64,000 nt of DNA, taken from positions 248,743 through 312,742 of the forward strand of contig NW_027192198.1 in the NCBI RefSeq assembly GCF_041956535.1, written 5' to 3'. The translations under genes and the position numbers were made by a program. The notes below the pieces were generated by a model. It did no database searches. It was not told where the DNA came from and saw only the letters and a program-made list of their open reading frames with translations. Each line of letters begins with the position of its first letter. The stretch's first letter is position 1. Origin of the DNA: Calcarisporiella thermophila CBS 279.70. Taxonomy: Eukaryota > Fungi > Calcarisporiellomycota. This document shows, piece by piece, positions 1 to 13,089 of this stretch.

Positions 1-528
1 ATTGAACCAACATTTTCACTTCCTCTTCCTCTTTCGTCTGCCTCCGTTCCGATCAAGGGCATCAAAGTTTCAATTGAATTCTCAGTTCAACCTTCTGTTA
101 TTTTTTCCCTCCTTTCGCCTTTGATCACACACTCATCTGCTTATTGCTTCTGCCTTCCTCATCTCTTATTCTACTTTCCTCTTTTAATATCAATTTTATA
201 CATGTGCACCTTTTATTTTATTGTGGCCTGATTAATTATATATTTTGAAAGCGGCTTTTTTTTTATCCCCACTGCTAGCCTGCTCGTGCTCCTACTCTAA
301 GTGATTGAGAGGTCGATTTATTCAAAAACTGAATTGGGAGTAGCTGTCACTACCGGAGCTATAATCAACGACTAAATAACAAAGAGCTAGTTGAGCATTA
401 CAAGGGTAAATTCAAATTTATTATATAATTAATGAACATGTCCATTTTTCTCATCCCCCCGCCTTCTCCTCCCCCTTACTCCAATACTAGACTCAACCTA
501 GATCGTCTCCATATCATCAAGGCCTAAC

Positions 529-2558
529 ATGCGGGAATCCAATTTTTCCTGTCCAGTTCAAAACCGAGCTAGCCTGTGCATCTCATCCGCTCTCTATGAC
601 CGGCGTGCCCTTGATTGTACCGAATCACTCCCCCTTATCAATTCGCTTACTCACCTCACCTATCTTACCAGCACTTCACCCCGCATTCGGGAGGTTCTTA
701 CGCTTGATGGTGGCCTAGAGCGACTAGTGCAGATTTTACGCCGAACTGTGGTGAGCGACAAACGAAGTGCATGGAAGTGGGCACTTGCATTCCAGAGCGT
801 GGTGAATGTAGGAGTGCGTGGAACGGAGCAGATTAGGACACGCGTGGTCCAGGCGGGAACTGTGCCAGTACTAATCCGGGTGCTGGAAGAGTTTTTGGCC
901 TCTCTCGAGCGGGCGAACCGTGAGCAGCGGGAGATTTTGATTTGGCAGCAGCAACAGCAACAGCAACAACAGCAACAAGTGCAACGGCAGCCTTTCCAGC
1001 TACGTCCTTTGTCACCCTTCAATACCAACCGGCAAACTCTCGTTGCCTCGCATCCCAATGTGAGATCGCGGGACGAGGAGGGCATCCGAAGAGGCAATGG
1101 GGTCGTCACACCCCCCGCTAGCCTCACTATGGCTCATACTCGACGCACCGATGACATCCCCAATAGCGCTGGAGTTGCTACCCGCCAACGTTCCCAAACA
1201 CTACCCTCGCAACGTCCTCAACATCACCAACTTCAGCAGCAACAGGGTATTTCGCTCGGAACCGCAGAAGAGCATGTCCTACAAAATATCGTATGTAGTT
1301 TCTTCTTTTTTGTGTAACCCATCTACTAAGTCTGAATGCGCATGGTTTATGTTAGATTGGAGATATCGACATGCTAAGTCACGGAAACCCAACTACCCCC
1401 CCTCAACCCACCAATACTCGTGCAGAAGCAACAGCACAAGCTGATAGAGCTACCACTACTCAACCCCTTGTACGTGTGAATAATATTCGCCAGGACAATA
1501 CAGTTCGCATTCGGACCACAGAGCCGGCCGCAAATAATCCCACAATAGAGCAAACGATCCCTCTTACGGAGCAATTGCCCACCCAACCTCCACAAGAGTC
1601 TGTCGAGACGGAAACGACTCTCTACCGAGAAGGGGATGTGCTTCTGACACTCCAACTCCTTGCCTATCTTTCCAAATACCCCCGGCTGCGTGCCGTGTTT
1701 GCAGACGGCTATCCCAGCGGGAATGTGTTCACCCTTGTGGAACGATTCACGCATCGCGTGCATCCCGCAGAAATCCAGTATTGGGCTGGTGTAATTATGA
1801 GGAATGCTTGTCGCAAGGATGAAACACGGGGTGGACTACGGCAATGCGCCTATCTTGGCTGTGGACGGTGGGAAAGATTTCCCCGAGAATTTGCCAAGTG
1901 TAGGAGGTGTCGAAAGGCCAGGTATTGTAGTAAAGAGTGCCAGAATCTGGCATGGGCGAGTGGGCATCGGTGGTGGTGTGTGGAGCGACCAAGTTCCACT
2001 GCTATGCTGGCAGGTGCTAATGGTGTGGGGGGTACAACCTCAGGAGGCTCCACGGAGGATGTAACTGCCACCGAGGGTGGCGCAGAAATGATGCGGACCA
2101 CAAACGGCGCAGATGCGGCTGGAAGAGGGGCAAGAGTTGGGGTGTTGGTGGGTGGAGCGGTGCAAACAACACCCGCTGCTCCTGCCGCCGCTGCACGAGC
2201 GGCACTAATGGGAAACGGCCTAGCAACCACTCCACAGAATGATGTGCCTGGTTTCCCGATCTTGGCGCCGGGTATACCCATCGCCTCCCAGCCCGCTCAG
2301 CCAACCATGGGCATAATAGTGGGACAGGCGGCTGCGCCGAATAATCCCCCCTCCCCCACTGTCGGACGAATCGCAGCAATCCGACAGAGGAGCGGAGGAA
2401 CGGACGACGACACAATGTCAAACCTATTAATGGCGGGTGAAGGCGGCCATGCTTCCCCTCGTCTCTTGGCGTCTGCCCCGACCGCCAACGGGAATACCGG
2501 GGAAATCTCTCCTTTCGCGATCACTCGGCATTCGCAAGATTACATGTACCTTGATTAG
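529..2558 (+). CDS. samB: MYND-type zinc-finger protein of the SamB/Mub1 family (2 exons; intron 1291-1355)
   Basis: N-terminus MRESNF...CISSALYDRRALDCT...PLINSLTHLTYLTSTSPRIRE and C-terminal MYND finger (CAYLGC...CRRCRKARYCSKECQ...HRWWC). A GTATGT...TAG intron joins ORFs 529 and 1371 in frame. PolyQ tract at about 946-978. Confidence 0.9.
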
Positions 2559-3117
2559 AATGTACGCCGTACCCCTTTTGTTTAAAAGTATTATATGTTG
2601 AGTCTATTTTTCTCGATTTTTTTTTCTTCTCTTCTCTTTATCTTATTTGGTTGTTTGTTTTTTCTTTTTTCTTCACTTCCTCGAACTCCTCTCTCTCTTC
2701 ACCGTTATAGCCTAATCGACTTAAATCCGTACAACTTATCTCATATATTGTAGTTTTTTTGGGTTTTCTATTTTAAAGGAAAATTTCTACTATTTTATTT
2801 ATTTTTTGTTGCTTTTTTATGAACATTTATCTTACTCTCTATTCCTATCTTATTACTATGTTTTTCTTTTTCTTTGAGAGCACTTTCTCATAAAATAAAA
2901 TATTGAAATTGTGAATTATTATCCCGGTGGTGCATGTACCAAAAGAGAAACAAGTTTATTTAAGCATAGAAAACGAAAAAGAAAAGAAACCAAAAATTAA
3001 GAAAAATACATCCTTAAATTTGAAATTAGCTAGAGAGGGAAGCAATGGGAAGAGAGAGTGAAAGAAAAATAGTTAGTATGAATTCTGGCACAGTAGTTAG
3101 TAAACCATTTAGTGGGC

Positions 3118-4178
3118 TTACCAGGCACAACCGCTTGCCTCCTGCGGCCGGTTCAAATCAAGAGTTCCCCGTGGAAGAGCGGCGTTCCGGTTGGCTCGTT
3201 GGTTTGCCGCAAGCTGTTCTAGTGGTAATTTGCGAGCTATGGCTAGGAAGAGTTCGTTGACGTTCTCCGCAGTTTTTGCACTAGTCTCAAAGAACAGTAG
3301 CCCTGCCTCATCCGCGTATGCTTGTGCCTCTTCAGTGGGGACGGCACGTCGTGCCTCAAGATCCTTCTTGTTGCCTGCAAGAGCTATGATGATATTGGGG
3401 TCAGCCTGCCGCTGTAACTCCTTTACCCACGACTTGGCCTTTTCAAGAGATGCAGTCTGTGAAATGTCGTAGACGACAATTGCGCAGTTCGCGTTACGAT
3501 AGTACATAGGCGCTAAGCTCTTATATCGCTGCGAAGTAGCAAAATGAGTATAACCTCAAAGGAATAGAAAAAGCGTAGCAGCATCACTACTAACCTCTTG
3601 TCCAGCGGTATCCCTAGTTAGTATAGAATTTAAATAAAATTAAATGAGAAACGTGACTAATTAGTCTTCCAAGACAATTGCCATCTCATAAATTAAAAAA
3701 TAGCAAAATGACTATGTACCAGATCTCAAATTTCACAGTCGTGTCAGCGTCAAGAGAAACCGTTTGAGTCAAAAACGCAGCTAAGAGCACGTATAATTGA
3801 AATGAGCTGAATGGGGGATAAAAAAGATAGCATTGAATAGGTAAATACCGCCAATAGTGCTCTCTCTGTAGTCATCAAATTGATCTTTAACGAATCGTAA
3901 AACAAGGCTGAAGGTGAATTCGAACACAAGATCAGTTAATTCCTCTACATTGAACAGCGTGAAATCAACAATGTGACAATCACAAACCTAGATTTCCCAA
4001 CAGCGCTCTCTCCTGTAAACGCAAATAAGAGAAAAATAGGGATGGCGTGAAACCTCCGTATATGAATTTGGAAAGACTACATCGATGATGGCAAATTACC
4101 CAAAAGAACTAGTTTGAATTGATAAAGCTTTCCAGTGGTCTGCTGAGGTGTTTGACGTCGGGGAATGGGTGAGCTCAT
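3118..4178 (-). CDS. Rab5-family GTPase (Ypt51/Vps21-like), several short exons
   Basis: Spliced translation gives [44 protein letters not shown]...[25 protein letters not shown]...GNKKD...ETSAK, ending in a Cys-containing prenylation-type tail (GCAW). Confidence 0.9.
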
Positions 4179-4433
4179 GATGTCTGAATAAGGATAATGT
4201 TAAATGTGATCTTCAGTGGGGTCAAGTGACAAAACAGCAAAAAAAAGGAGACAACCAAGAAATAAGTTAAATTCAATGAAAGTGTGAAAAGAGACAAATC
4301 CATCCTCGCGCAAAATCCGTAGACGTCACAAAAATCGCTGAATTTCAAACTTCCAATTTCGCACAACCTCCGTTCCTCCTTTCACTTTTATCGCACTCCA
4401 CTCGCGTCCAACGCAAGGTTAGAACAGAAATCC

Positions 4434-5310
4434 ATGGCTAGGGTGAGTACATCAACCGAAACCAGAGCAGATGGAAGGATACATTGTGAAATTACGGATA
4501 CACCGCTACGGAGAAGTGGCTATATCGATCGGGAGTGCTTGAAGATGGATGGATGGATGGATGGATGATATAGGATGGACTGGGATAGGGGATGGGGTAG
4601 GCCATTCCCCCATCGAATATCAACGATGCGGTACATCCGGACGCAATATCCTTCCTGGCTCGAATATCCAATTCCCACAAGTAATTAATTGCATTAACTG
4701 ATCTCCACTTCATTTTCAGTTGCACGAGTACCAGGTAGTGGGACGTAAGCTCCCCTCCAAGGCTGAGCCCGTTCCTAAGCTCTACCGCATGCGTCTCTTC
4801 GCCCCGAATGAGGTTGTTGCGAAAAGCCGATTCTGGTATTTCTTGAGGAAGCTTCGCAAGGTCAAGAAGGCCGCCGGCGAGATCGTCTCGGTCAACGAGG
4901 TAAGGATCGAGATGGATTCATCCATTGTCATCGAATCGTCAGTAATAGGCATGCATGAATCTTTTTTTTAGATCTTCGAGAAGCGACCCGACACCGTTAA
5001 GAACTTTGGTGTCTGGCTCCGCTACGATTCGCGCTCCGGCACCCACAACATGTACAAGGAGTTCCGTGAGCTCTCGCGTGTTGCTGCCGTTCAGGCCTGC
5101 TATCAGGATATGGCTGCTCGCCATCGTGCCCGCTTCAGCTCGATCCAAATCATCCGCGTTGCTGAAGTCAAGACTGCCGATGTCCGCCGCCCCTACATCA
5201 AGCAGTTGCTTGTTCCCAAGCTGCGCTTCCCTCTTCCCCACCGTGTGCAGCTCCGCGACAAGAGCAAGAGCTCTGTGTTCGTTGCCAAACGCCCCACCAC
5301 CTTCTACTAA
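4434..5310 (+). CDS. RPL20: 60S ribosomal protein eL20 (L20/L18a); introns 4443-4719 and 4900-4970
   Basis: MAR|[12 protein letters not shown]...[23 protein letters not shown]...[22 protein letters not shown]...KRPTTFY; strong codon bias. Confidence 0.95.
4544..4567 (+). repeat. (GATG)n microsatellite inside RPL20 intron 1
   Basis: gatggatggatggatggatggatg read directly from the sequence. Confidence 0.85.
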
Positions 5311-5526
5311 AAAAATTGCTCCTTTCACACTTTTTCTCTACTTTTCCCTTATTCTGTTTTTATATTGTATTGGCGCTTTTTTTAACCTCTTCTTTTTTTC
5401 TGTTCTATTAAGAGTGAGTGAAGAAATATAACCCCTTTTTTACTAAATAGAATCTTCGGGCCATTATAGAGAAAGATATAGAATAACTCTTGGGAAGGAA
5501 ATATTTACAAGAAAGCTTTTAATACA

Positions 5527-6415
5527 TCAGAATGGTTTCGCACATTTACGATACTCGATAGCCTTTGTCTTCGGGCATTGCATCTCTTGCCATGATATTG
5601 GGATCATGATGGCATCTAATGCGGAAGAGATTATTCGAGAAAATATTGTAAATATCAATTATGGTCATCTTAGACATACCTGCAACACTCTTTGCAAATA
5701 TTACGCCTAATTCGTTTCTGGCTGTGGATAGATAGTATGATCGAGCATCACCCAGTGATATCTACAACAGATCTGGATGAGTAAATCTTAACTATCCAAC
5801 GCAATTGTGCTATGTATTTACCACTTCAGCCCGCACTATATCACCCGGTCGGAAGGAGTCGTATATCTTCACTTTATCTTTCTCAGTTGCGCGAACATCC
5901 TGCACTCTATTGGATGAGGAGAGAATTAGAAAGAGAAAAATCCAAGGCACATATATATGTGCATGAAAATATGTCTTTTACCGAATCACTCCTTGGAAAT
6001 CCTCACGACATGCTGAAGATCCAACAACCATAATGGCAACTGTGGCGAAACGTGGATTGATGCGTATGACCTTTCCAGTAATCTAGTTTAAGTCAAATAA
6101 TTAGAATGTCGCAGTCTAAATAAAAAAAGGAAGAGGCTATTTACGATGCTCCCGACATCCGGAATTGCGGACTGCTCCTTTTCTCTAACAACACTCACAA
6201 CTTTCTACGTAAGAGTAGTCAAACCAAAATTAACATGGACTTCATTTTCCGAAATTAGAATAGAAAGCAACCTTTCCAGCTTCATTGGTTGACAACTTTT
6301 TCACTCCAACAATACTGGCATGCACTATCCCTTGACGCTCGTAAGTGCCGGGGCCCGGCACAAATTCATTAGAGAGCCCAACACGCTGCCCAGGAGTTAC
6401 AATATCAGCCGTCAT
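5527..6415 (-). CDS. CSL4: Exosome cap subunit Csl4/EXOSC1 (about 6 exons; absent from the ORF track)
   Basis: Manual exon translation: MTADIVTPGQRVG...GPGTYERQGIVHASIVG...IPDVGSIV...VIRINPRFATVAI...[59 protein letters not shown]...MIPISWQEMQCPKT...EYRKCAKPF*. Confidence 0.9.
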
Positions 6416-6666
6416 CTCTAATGTTGAACAATGATATTATGAAACGCTAGTTGGGATAGAGGAATTTGTTTATAGATTAATAAAGTCACAAGAAAAGATC
6501 TCTGTGACTTCTCTCGATAATTTTCTTGTGCAATTTGTCGCGTATATAGGACAAACGATTCTCCAAGTTAAAAGGGGCATTCACTCGCGAGGATTGATGA
6601 TAATTGGCGAGGCATCCGGACTCGAGCTCTATAATTAGCTGATAGCTTCACTTTTTGTTAAATAAT

Positions 6667-9375
6667 ATGCGGATTAACTCGCAATCGAACAAGCTAAAGT
6701 TTCTGGAGGATGAAGGTGCAGGTAGAGTCATGCCTTCTGCGGGTGTGACATATTTAGCCTACTACACGGTACTTAAAATTAGCCAACGATTACCCCCTCT
6801 ACTTTATCAACTTTACCGCGTATTTTAGGTTGGTGTCCGGCCCACATTGAGTGATGCAGAAGCAGCAAAACTGTTAAATAAATTACAGAGATTGCGAGTA
6901 AGTATACGCATTCTACCTCCGTTTCGTTTAATTCAATACCATTTTCATTATGCTCTCTTGTTTAGTCCGATCCTCCTGCGGTGTTTTATCTCGAACTCTG
7001 GGTAAACGCTTTAACTGGCTTGGCCAAAGCGTGTGCAAATAAGTTACCACTCCATCATCAGTTATTGTGGAAACATTTCGTGCTGGTAAAAGTTCCAAGG
7101 CTCATACTGTTGCTGGAGACCAACAAGAAGGATTTAGAATTAGAAGTGGAGATGAAAATGGAGGTGGAAAATGGAGAAAAAGTAAATATTTCATTTTCCT
7201 CCATTATTCTCTTGATTCGGCTTCATGGCTGGCATAAAATGATATATATATAGATATCCACTGCGGCGGTTGAAACGGCTCTTTCACAATTGAGAGGATT
7301 TCGCAGATTACTTAACACGTGTGATATGATGGCATTAAGCACTTCTTCGTCATTGGAGGATATGCTGGATGATAGCAAATCGTAATATTTAACACGTTTA
7401 GGCTGAATCGTTATATATATTTATGATTTCTTTGAGTAGACAGGACATCTTCGTCTCTATTCTACGTGTTTGTCGCTTCCACCAGCTGATCCGAGATGAA
7501 TTCATCGCGGAGATTGGAATGGCGGACCGTTTTGGGGGAATCGAACTCTTTGAGGAAGAAACTACCAACAACCTTCTACAACAAGCTAAAACGGATCCTT
7601 CGATTGAAACCTTTGAAACAATCGTATCGACTTTCCCCGGGAATTTTCTCAAGACAGATGCACTAATCGAAAGCCTATTAGAGTTGATGCTGAACTGGGC
7701 AAGAGAGAAGAACGCACAGAATCTTGGGACTGCATGCAAACAATTGATAGAACGAACGGAAGTTCTGGATGGAATATTTTTATTGAAATCACCGATGGAG
7801 CTATTACAGCCACTGGAAGAGTTTTGTAATAAATGGAGCCCTTCGAGTGAGGATGACATTGGTAATATTGATCTTCACCTTTCATGTTGGCATAGAACTG
7901 AATTAATATCAATCTGCCCAATAGATATCTATCAAGCTAATTTTGAAGGATACGGATACGTTTTTACCTTAGTCGCCTATGTGATCAACCGCTATGAAGT
8001 ATATATTTAACAATCCATATTAATAGTGAGAGCAATTTGAGTTTACCAAATGGTTATTTTTCCAGCTATGGAATAATTTAGAGGCGATGTTCAATGACAA
8101 ATCCGGGTTCTGTTATCGCTGGTTTTTACGGCCAATCGAGGACATTAGCTCCAAAACAATCAAAGCCGAACAAAACGAGTTGGTCGGACAGTGGATATCA
8201 GCTCTGTTAGACAGCATGGGTATACCTGACGATTTGATTAGGTAATTTTTTGGCTATTGCATGCAGTTAAATTCTCGGTTTATTTGACTCGAGATTACTT
8301 AGAGCATCAACTCCCCAAATTCTTCTTCAAATATCGCCCTCCATTTTCGAGCATGCGCTTAGTGCTTGCGAGACAGAAGTGATCGACTATGACACTCTGA
8401 CTGGTGGCCTTGAGTATTTCCTCCAACCTTTCCTTTCCTACGCACTCCTCAGTATTATCCAGTGGCTATGCGATGAAATCATTTTCGATTGCAACGGGCC
8501 ATCTCTTCCTCTTACAGTATTGAAATCGCTTTTGATGTCGGAAAATTTTCCCACGATGGTGCTTCAGGTAGTTGGTCGGAGAATCCTTGCTGCTCTGCAT
8601 CTGTTACGAGAGGAAGATGCAGAAATCCGGGACTTGGAGCAAAAGATTATCAGTAAATTGGAAGGAGAGGGTGAGTGATATCGACAATGCGGGTATATCC
8701 CGTATGTTAATCTTTCTATCGATAACAGAGTTCTATGTCAAGCGATGGTCTAACGAAGAAATAAGCTATCGATGCCAAGTGATGTACCACGGATTCGTGC
8801 GCGGAAGCCGCTCTCAGGATGAGGTCGACCAGACAGGTAGTCCCCACATCGATATCTATTTACTCCGCCAACAACTCGCACTGGGAGGTCCTCGTTGGTT
8901 TATTAATATGATCATTGGTGAAATATTGAATGCGGGAGGTCATTTAGGCGCTGCTTTTAGGGGGGCTGAACTTGGTGCAGTTGTCATCAGCCTACCTATT
9001 ATTTTTGCCGAAAACCCGCACGTTTGGCCAGAAAGAATGTTGAACATGATGGTAACCGAAATTCTACCTGAGATTCTATTAACGTCGAACGGGGAGATGA
9101 ACTTCCTGCTAGGGCAAGCCCTCGCATGTTTTATTGCTTTGTGTCTAGAATTAGTCCTAGAGGATAAAAGAGCAGAGTTGGAGAGGATGGTTACGTTAAT
9201 ACTCGAGATGTTGAAGGAGGCGGCCCGGGAAACAGTTGATGGCACTCTAGTCGATTCAGTTAGTGGGAAAGAAGGCTTTTTGAGAGGATTTGCCTTTAGC
9301 TTTAGTGAGAACGAGGTGCTCGGCGAAAGGATTCCTCAGCACAAAAACAACTGCAGGTCAATATTTGGAGAATAA
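6667..9375 (+). CDS. MED5: Mediator tail subunit Med5 (Nut1), about 9 exons; start codon uncertain
   Basis: Med5-like motifs LWKHFVLVKVP, QWISALLDSMGIPDDLI..STPQILLQISPSIFEHALSAC and LTGGLEYFLQPFLSYALLSIIQWL, spread over spliceable ORFs. Confidence 0.75.
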
Positions 9376-9549
9376 ATTTTCACAGAAACTAATTGCGATC
9401 AAAGACTTTTTCTCCATTGTTCTATAAAGACATTCATTTTATAAAATATAATTTTTTGTAAACCAGAATCAACTAAAAATAAAAAAATGTTGAACAAGAA
9501 GAAAAAATAGAAAAGAATTTACAATTCCAGTTACAGATTTTTAGTTGAC

Positions 9550-10150
9550 TTAGAATCCTGGGGGAACAAGACCAGAGGGACGCTGCTGCTGCTGTTGTGA
9601 GCCTGGAAGACCAGTTTGCTGGTTTGAAGGTACGCCCATCATCTAAAAACAAGCGGGAAAATGTGAAAATACCAGTTAGTATACCATTAGTAGCCGTTCA
9701 GAAAAAAATAATATGATAATGAAAAAAAAGGTGATCAACACAAGAGTGTCGATGAAAAGGATGAGAACAAAAACTACGAACCTGTTGACTCTGTTGCTGC
9801 ATCTTTGCTTCGTTTTCATAAGCAATTAAAGCTTGCTCTTTCTCGATCTCCATTGCAAGAGGAAGCACAACCAACAATGCGGTTGTCGTCACCACCCAAG
9901 CAGCTTTTCCGAAAAAGTTGACGCCAGCCTTTCCCCAGCCATAAATCCAATTTGTTTGTTGCCAAATAGCACGACGCTGTCGCTCCGGCACGATATCTCG
10001 CAGAGCATAAATGCGCTCGAAAAATGATTCTTCAATGTCTTCTTCATCTGTCACATCAGAGAGATCCGAATCAGAAAGCTCGGATTCTTCTTCTTCCTCA
10101 AAGGCTCTAGATTCAAAATGCTCGTCAGACACTTCTTCTAGCTTCACCAT
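9550..10150 (-). CDS. TOM22: Mitochondrial import receptor Tom22 (2 exons)
   Basis: MVKLEEV, acidic N-terminus, ESFFERIYALRDIVP, TM segment AWVVTTTALLVVLPLAMEIEKEQ. Confidence 0.93.
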
Positions 10151-10338
10151 TGTGCTATAGTAATAATAGTTTGGATCAAATGTTTAAACGGAGAACGAGC
10201 GACTAAATAGCCAAGTTGATTTTGTTTATTGTGGCCACTGATATTCTAAGCCGCAGAGGATGACGTTCTTTCGGGAGCTTAGAAAATGATTCGGAGAATA
10301 TGAAGAGTGGCACACTCTCTTTATCCTTTACAACGAAT

Positions 10339-11148
10339 ATGCTGGACAATGACGAGTATGATTTTCTGTTCAAGCTTGTGCTGCTGGGGGACAGTTCAGT
10401 GGGAAAAACCAACCTTCTATCTCGTTTTGTTGTAAGCTGATTGATATTGGCTTGTTTTGTTCTAATGCAGAACAAATGTATTTCATTCTATAGAGGAATG
10501 AATTTTCACTTGAAACCAAGTCGACCATTGGGGTCGAATTCAGCTTAAAGACCATTGAAATCGAGGGAAAAATAATCAAGGCACAGATCTGGGATACGAG
10601 TGGGCAGGTAATGCGAAAGTTATTTTGTCTCCTACTCGTACTCAACTCTAATTATATCGCAACAGGAACGCTATCGCGCCATAACAGGTGCATATTATCG
10701 AGGTGCAGTAGGGGCACTTCTTGTCTATGATATCACGAGGCATACTTCCTTTGAAAATATATCGCATTGGCTTAAAGAGCTGCGTAGCTATGCCGATTCC
10801 AATATCGTGCTTATACTTGTTGGCAACAAAATAGATCTCGAGACCTCCCGTGAAGTATCCACTGTGGAGGCGAAAAAGTTTGCCGAAAAAGAAGGTTTTT
10901 TGTTCGTGGAGACATCAGCATTGGATTCGACAAATGTCACAAAGGCTTTTGACTTGACTTTTGAACAGATTTGGAGAGTTGTGCCCAAAAAAACCGTAAA
11001 GGATAAGGATTGTGAAGAAGGTGGAATTGGAGGACGCAATATTATATATATACCAGGTCCTAGCAGCAAAGAATATCACCCGCATAGGTGGGCACCGGCC
11101 GGTGGGAGACAACAGAAAGAATGGCATAATTCATCATGCTGTTCATAA
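10339..11148 (+). CDS. Rab11/Ypt3-family GTPase, divergent (3 exons; an in-frame ATG also lies at 10300)
   Basis: [85 protein letters not shown]; C-terminal CCS prenylation motif. Confidence 0.88.
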
Positions 11149-11466
11149 TTAATACTGATCCGAATACTTCTAGTAATAGTGTATATTTTACTCTTTCTTT
11201 ACGACGCATTACACTATATAGTTTTACGTTTTATTTTATGCGTTATATTTCTACTTTGCGTCTAATGCTAATCGTATAGTTGCTAGTATTTATAATTTTT
11301 GCGCATTTACCCCATTGGGCTTTTCTTTTATTTCCATATATTGGATATAAAATAATAAATTTTATATGAATATAACAAATCTTGTAAGAATGAGGTAAAA
11401 TGGTTCGACTATAATTACTGGATAGAAGTTAATGATATTAGTGAATAGGATATGTAACATCCCTTC

Positions 11467-13089
11467 TTACTTCTTTAATGTAATTTCTTCCCAAGAGTTT
11501 CCCTTTGATTGGGTTTGCTCAACATTACCGATGGTTTCTGGATAAGAGTGGGGTACTAAGGATATTCTTGGCTGGTAAACCCTCCCATCTGGCCCGTCCG
11601 TTAATTGTTCTTTTCTGCGTTNNNNNNNNNNNNNNNNNNNNNNNNNNNNNNNNNNNNNNNNNNNNNNNNNNNNNNNNNNNNNNNNNNNNNNNNNNNNNNN
11701 NNNNNNNNNNNNNNNNNNNNNNNNNNNNNNNNNNNNNNNNNNNNNNNNNNNNNNNNNNNNNNNNNNNNNNNNNNNNNNNNNNNNNNNNNNNNNNNNNNNN
11801 NNNNNNNNNNNNNNNNNNNNNNNNNNNNNNNNNNNNNNNNNNNNNNNNNNNNNNNNNNNNNNNNNNNNNNNNNNNNNNNNNNNNNNNNNNNNNNNNNNNN
11901 NNNNNNNNNNNNNNNNNNNNNNNNNNNNNNNNNNNNNNNNNNNNNNNNNNNNNNNNNNNNNNNNNNNNNNNNNNNNNNNNNNNNNNNNNNNNNNNNNNNN
12001 NNNNNNNNNNNNNNNNNNNNNNNNNNNNNNNNNNNNNNNNNNNNNNNNNNNNNNNNNNNNNNNNNNNNNNNNNNNNNNNNNNNNNNNNNNNNNNNNNNNN
12101 NNNNNNNNNNNNNNNNNNNNNNNNNNNNNNNNNNNNNNNNNNNNNNNNNNNNNNNNNNNNNNNNNNNNNNNNNNNNNNAAATAAAATCAGATGGAGAAAG
12201 AGAGTAGGTTTTTGAAGTTGAAGATAGAGTGGCAGACTGTGGGCTTGGATAAGAATGAGGTTGCTCAATGCAATAAGGAGGTTTGTTAGGGTTGATACCA
12301 AGAGATATATCTGAAACGTTATTACTATTTTCTTTATATACTCCAACATGTTCTTGCATATACATCGGGAAAACCACTGGTAGAATGTTGCGGGGCGGTG
12401 GAGCGGGAGGACTACCGTATGTATGAGTGGGAGGAACAGTTGGTTGAGGTCGTTCGCTGTCCTTTTTTCTTTTTTGTCTACGATAGAAAAGGAGTGCTAT
12501 CTCGCTAAGAGTACCAATCAAGACGAGACCTCCTATAGTGGCACCAATATATACACCTTTGGGTACTGTTTCTTGCTCATCCAAATCCGGAGTGTAGACA
12601 GCGTTGGCGGTTGTGACATTGGAAGCTAGATAATCAGACTCTTGAATATTCATTGAAATATAATAATATTGTGAAAATTCCAATCTTTTACCACTGTTCT
12701 GTGAATGGGTCATAAATATACAGAAGTTCTAAGGTTTGAGCATTAGTCAATGTAGTATTCGATTCTCCTCCCAACTCACCTAACAAACTGCGATTTGGTC
12801 CTACAGGAAATGCGTTAGGCAATCATCTCGCGGGTACCTTGGAATTACCGTCGACAATATTCCACGCTATATCGGTTGTATTAAAAGGCGTTGAAAGTTC
12901 GAGCACAAGAAGTTCGGATTGATGCTGATAACTCTGATTGCTCTCTATGTATGTCAAACCTCCATAAACGTATAATCTAAAAAAATTGTTTATTAAATTA
13001 ACATGGTATCTGGCAATAGCTAAAGCATTTAAGGAAATGCTACTTGTTGCCAATGATGGTAGCAGCTGCTCCGTCACGTTTAGTAACAC
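11467..13089 (-). pseudogene. Probable relic or truncated kelch-repeat single-pass membrane protein gene spanning the gap
   Basis: One kelch-type start (LYVYGG...ELLVLELSTPFNTTDIAW) ends in a stop at 12823. It is followed by a TM segment plus basic stop-transfer (VYIGATIGGLVLIGTLSEIALLFYRRQKRKK) and a Pro/Ser-rich tail. Most propeller blades are missing. The 3' end at 11467 is tentative. Confidence 0.45.
11622..12178. other. Assembly gap (557 N)
   Basis: Run of n characters. Confidence 1.

Noticed and set aside
660-2524. Antisense and alternative-frame ORFs over samB, and similar ones over SEC23, VPS9 and the kelch gene
   Set aside because: Shadows of GC-rich coding sequence; for example the poly-Cys run is the reverse of the polyQ tract.
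11505-12349. Long ORFs crossing the N run
   Set aside because: Artefacts of translating the assembly gap.
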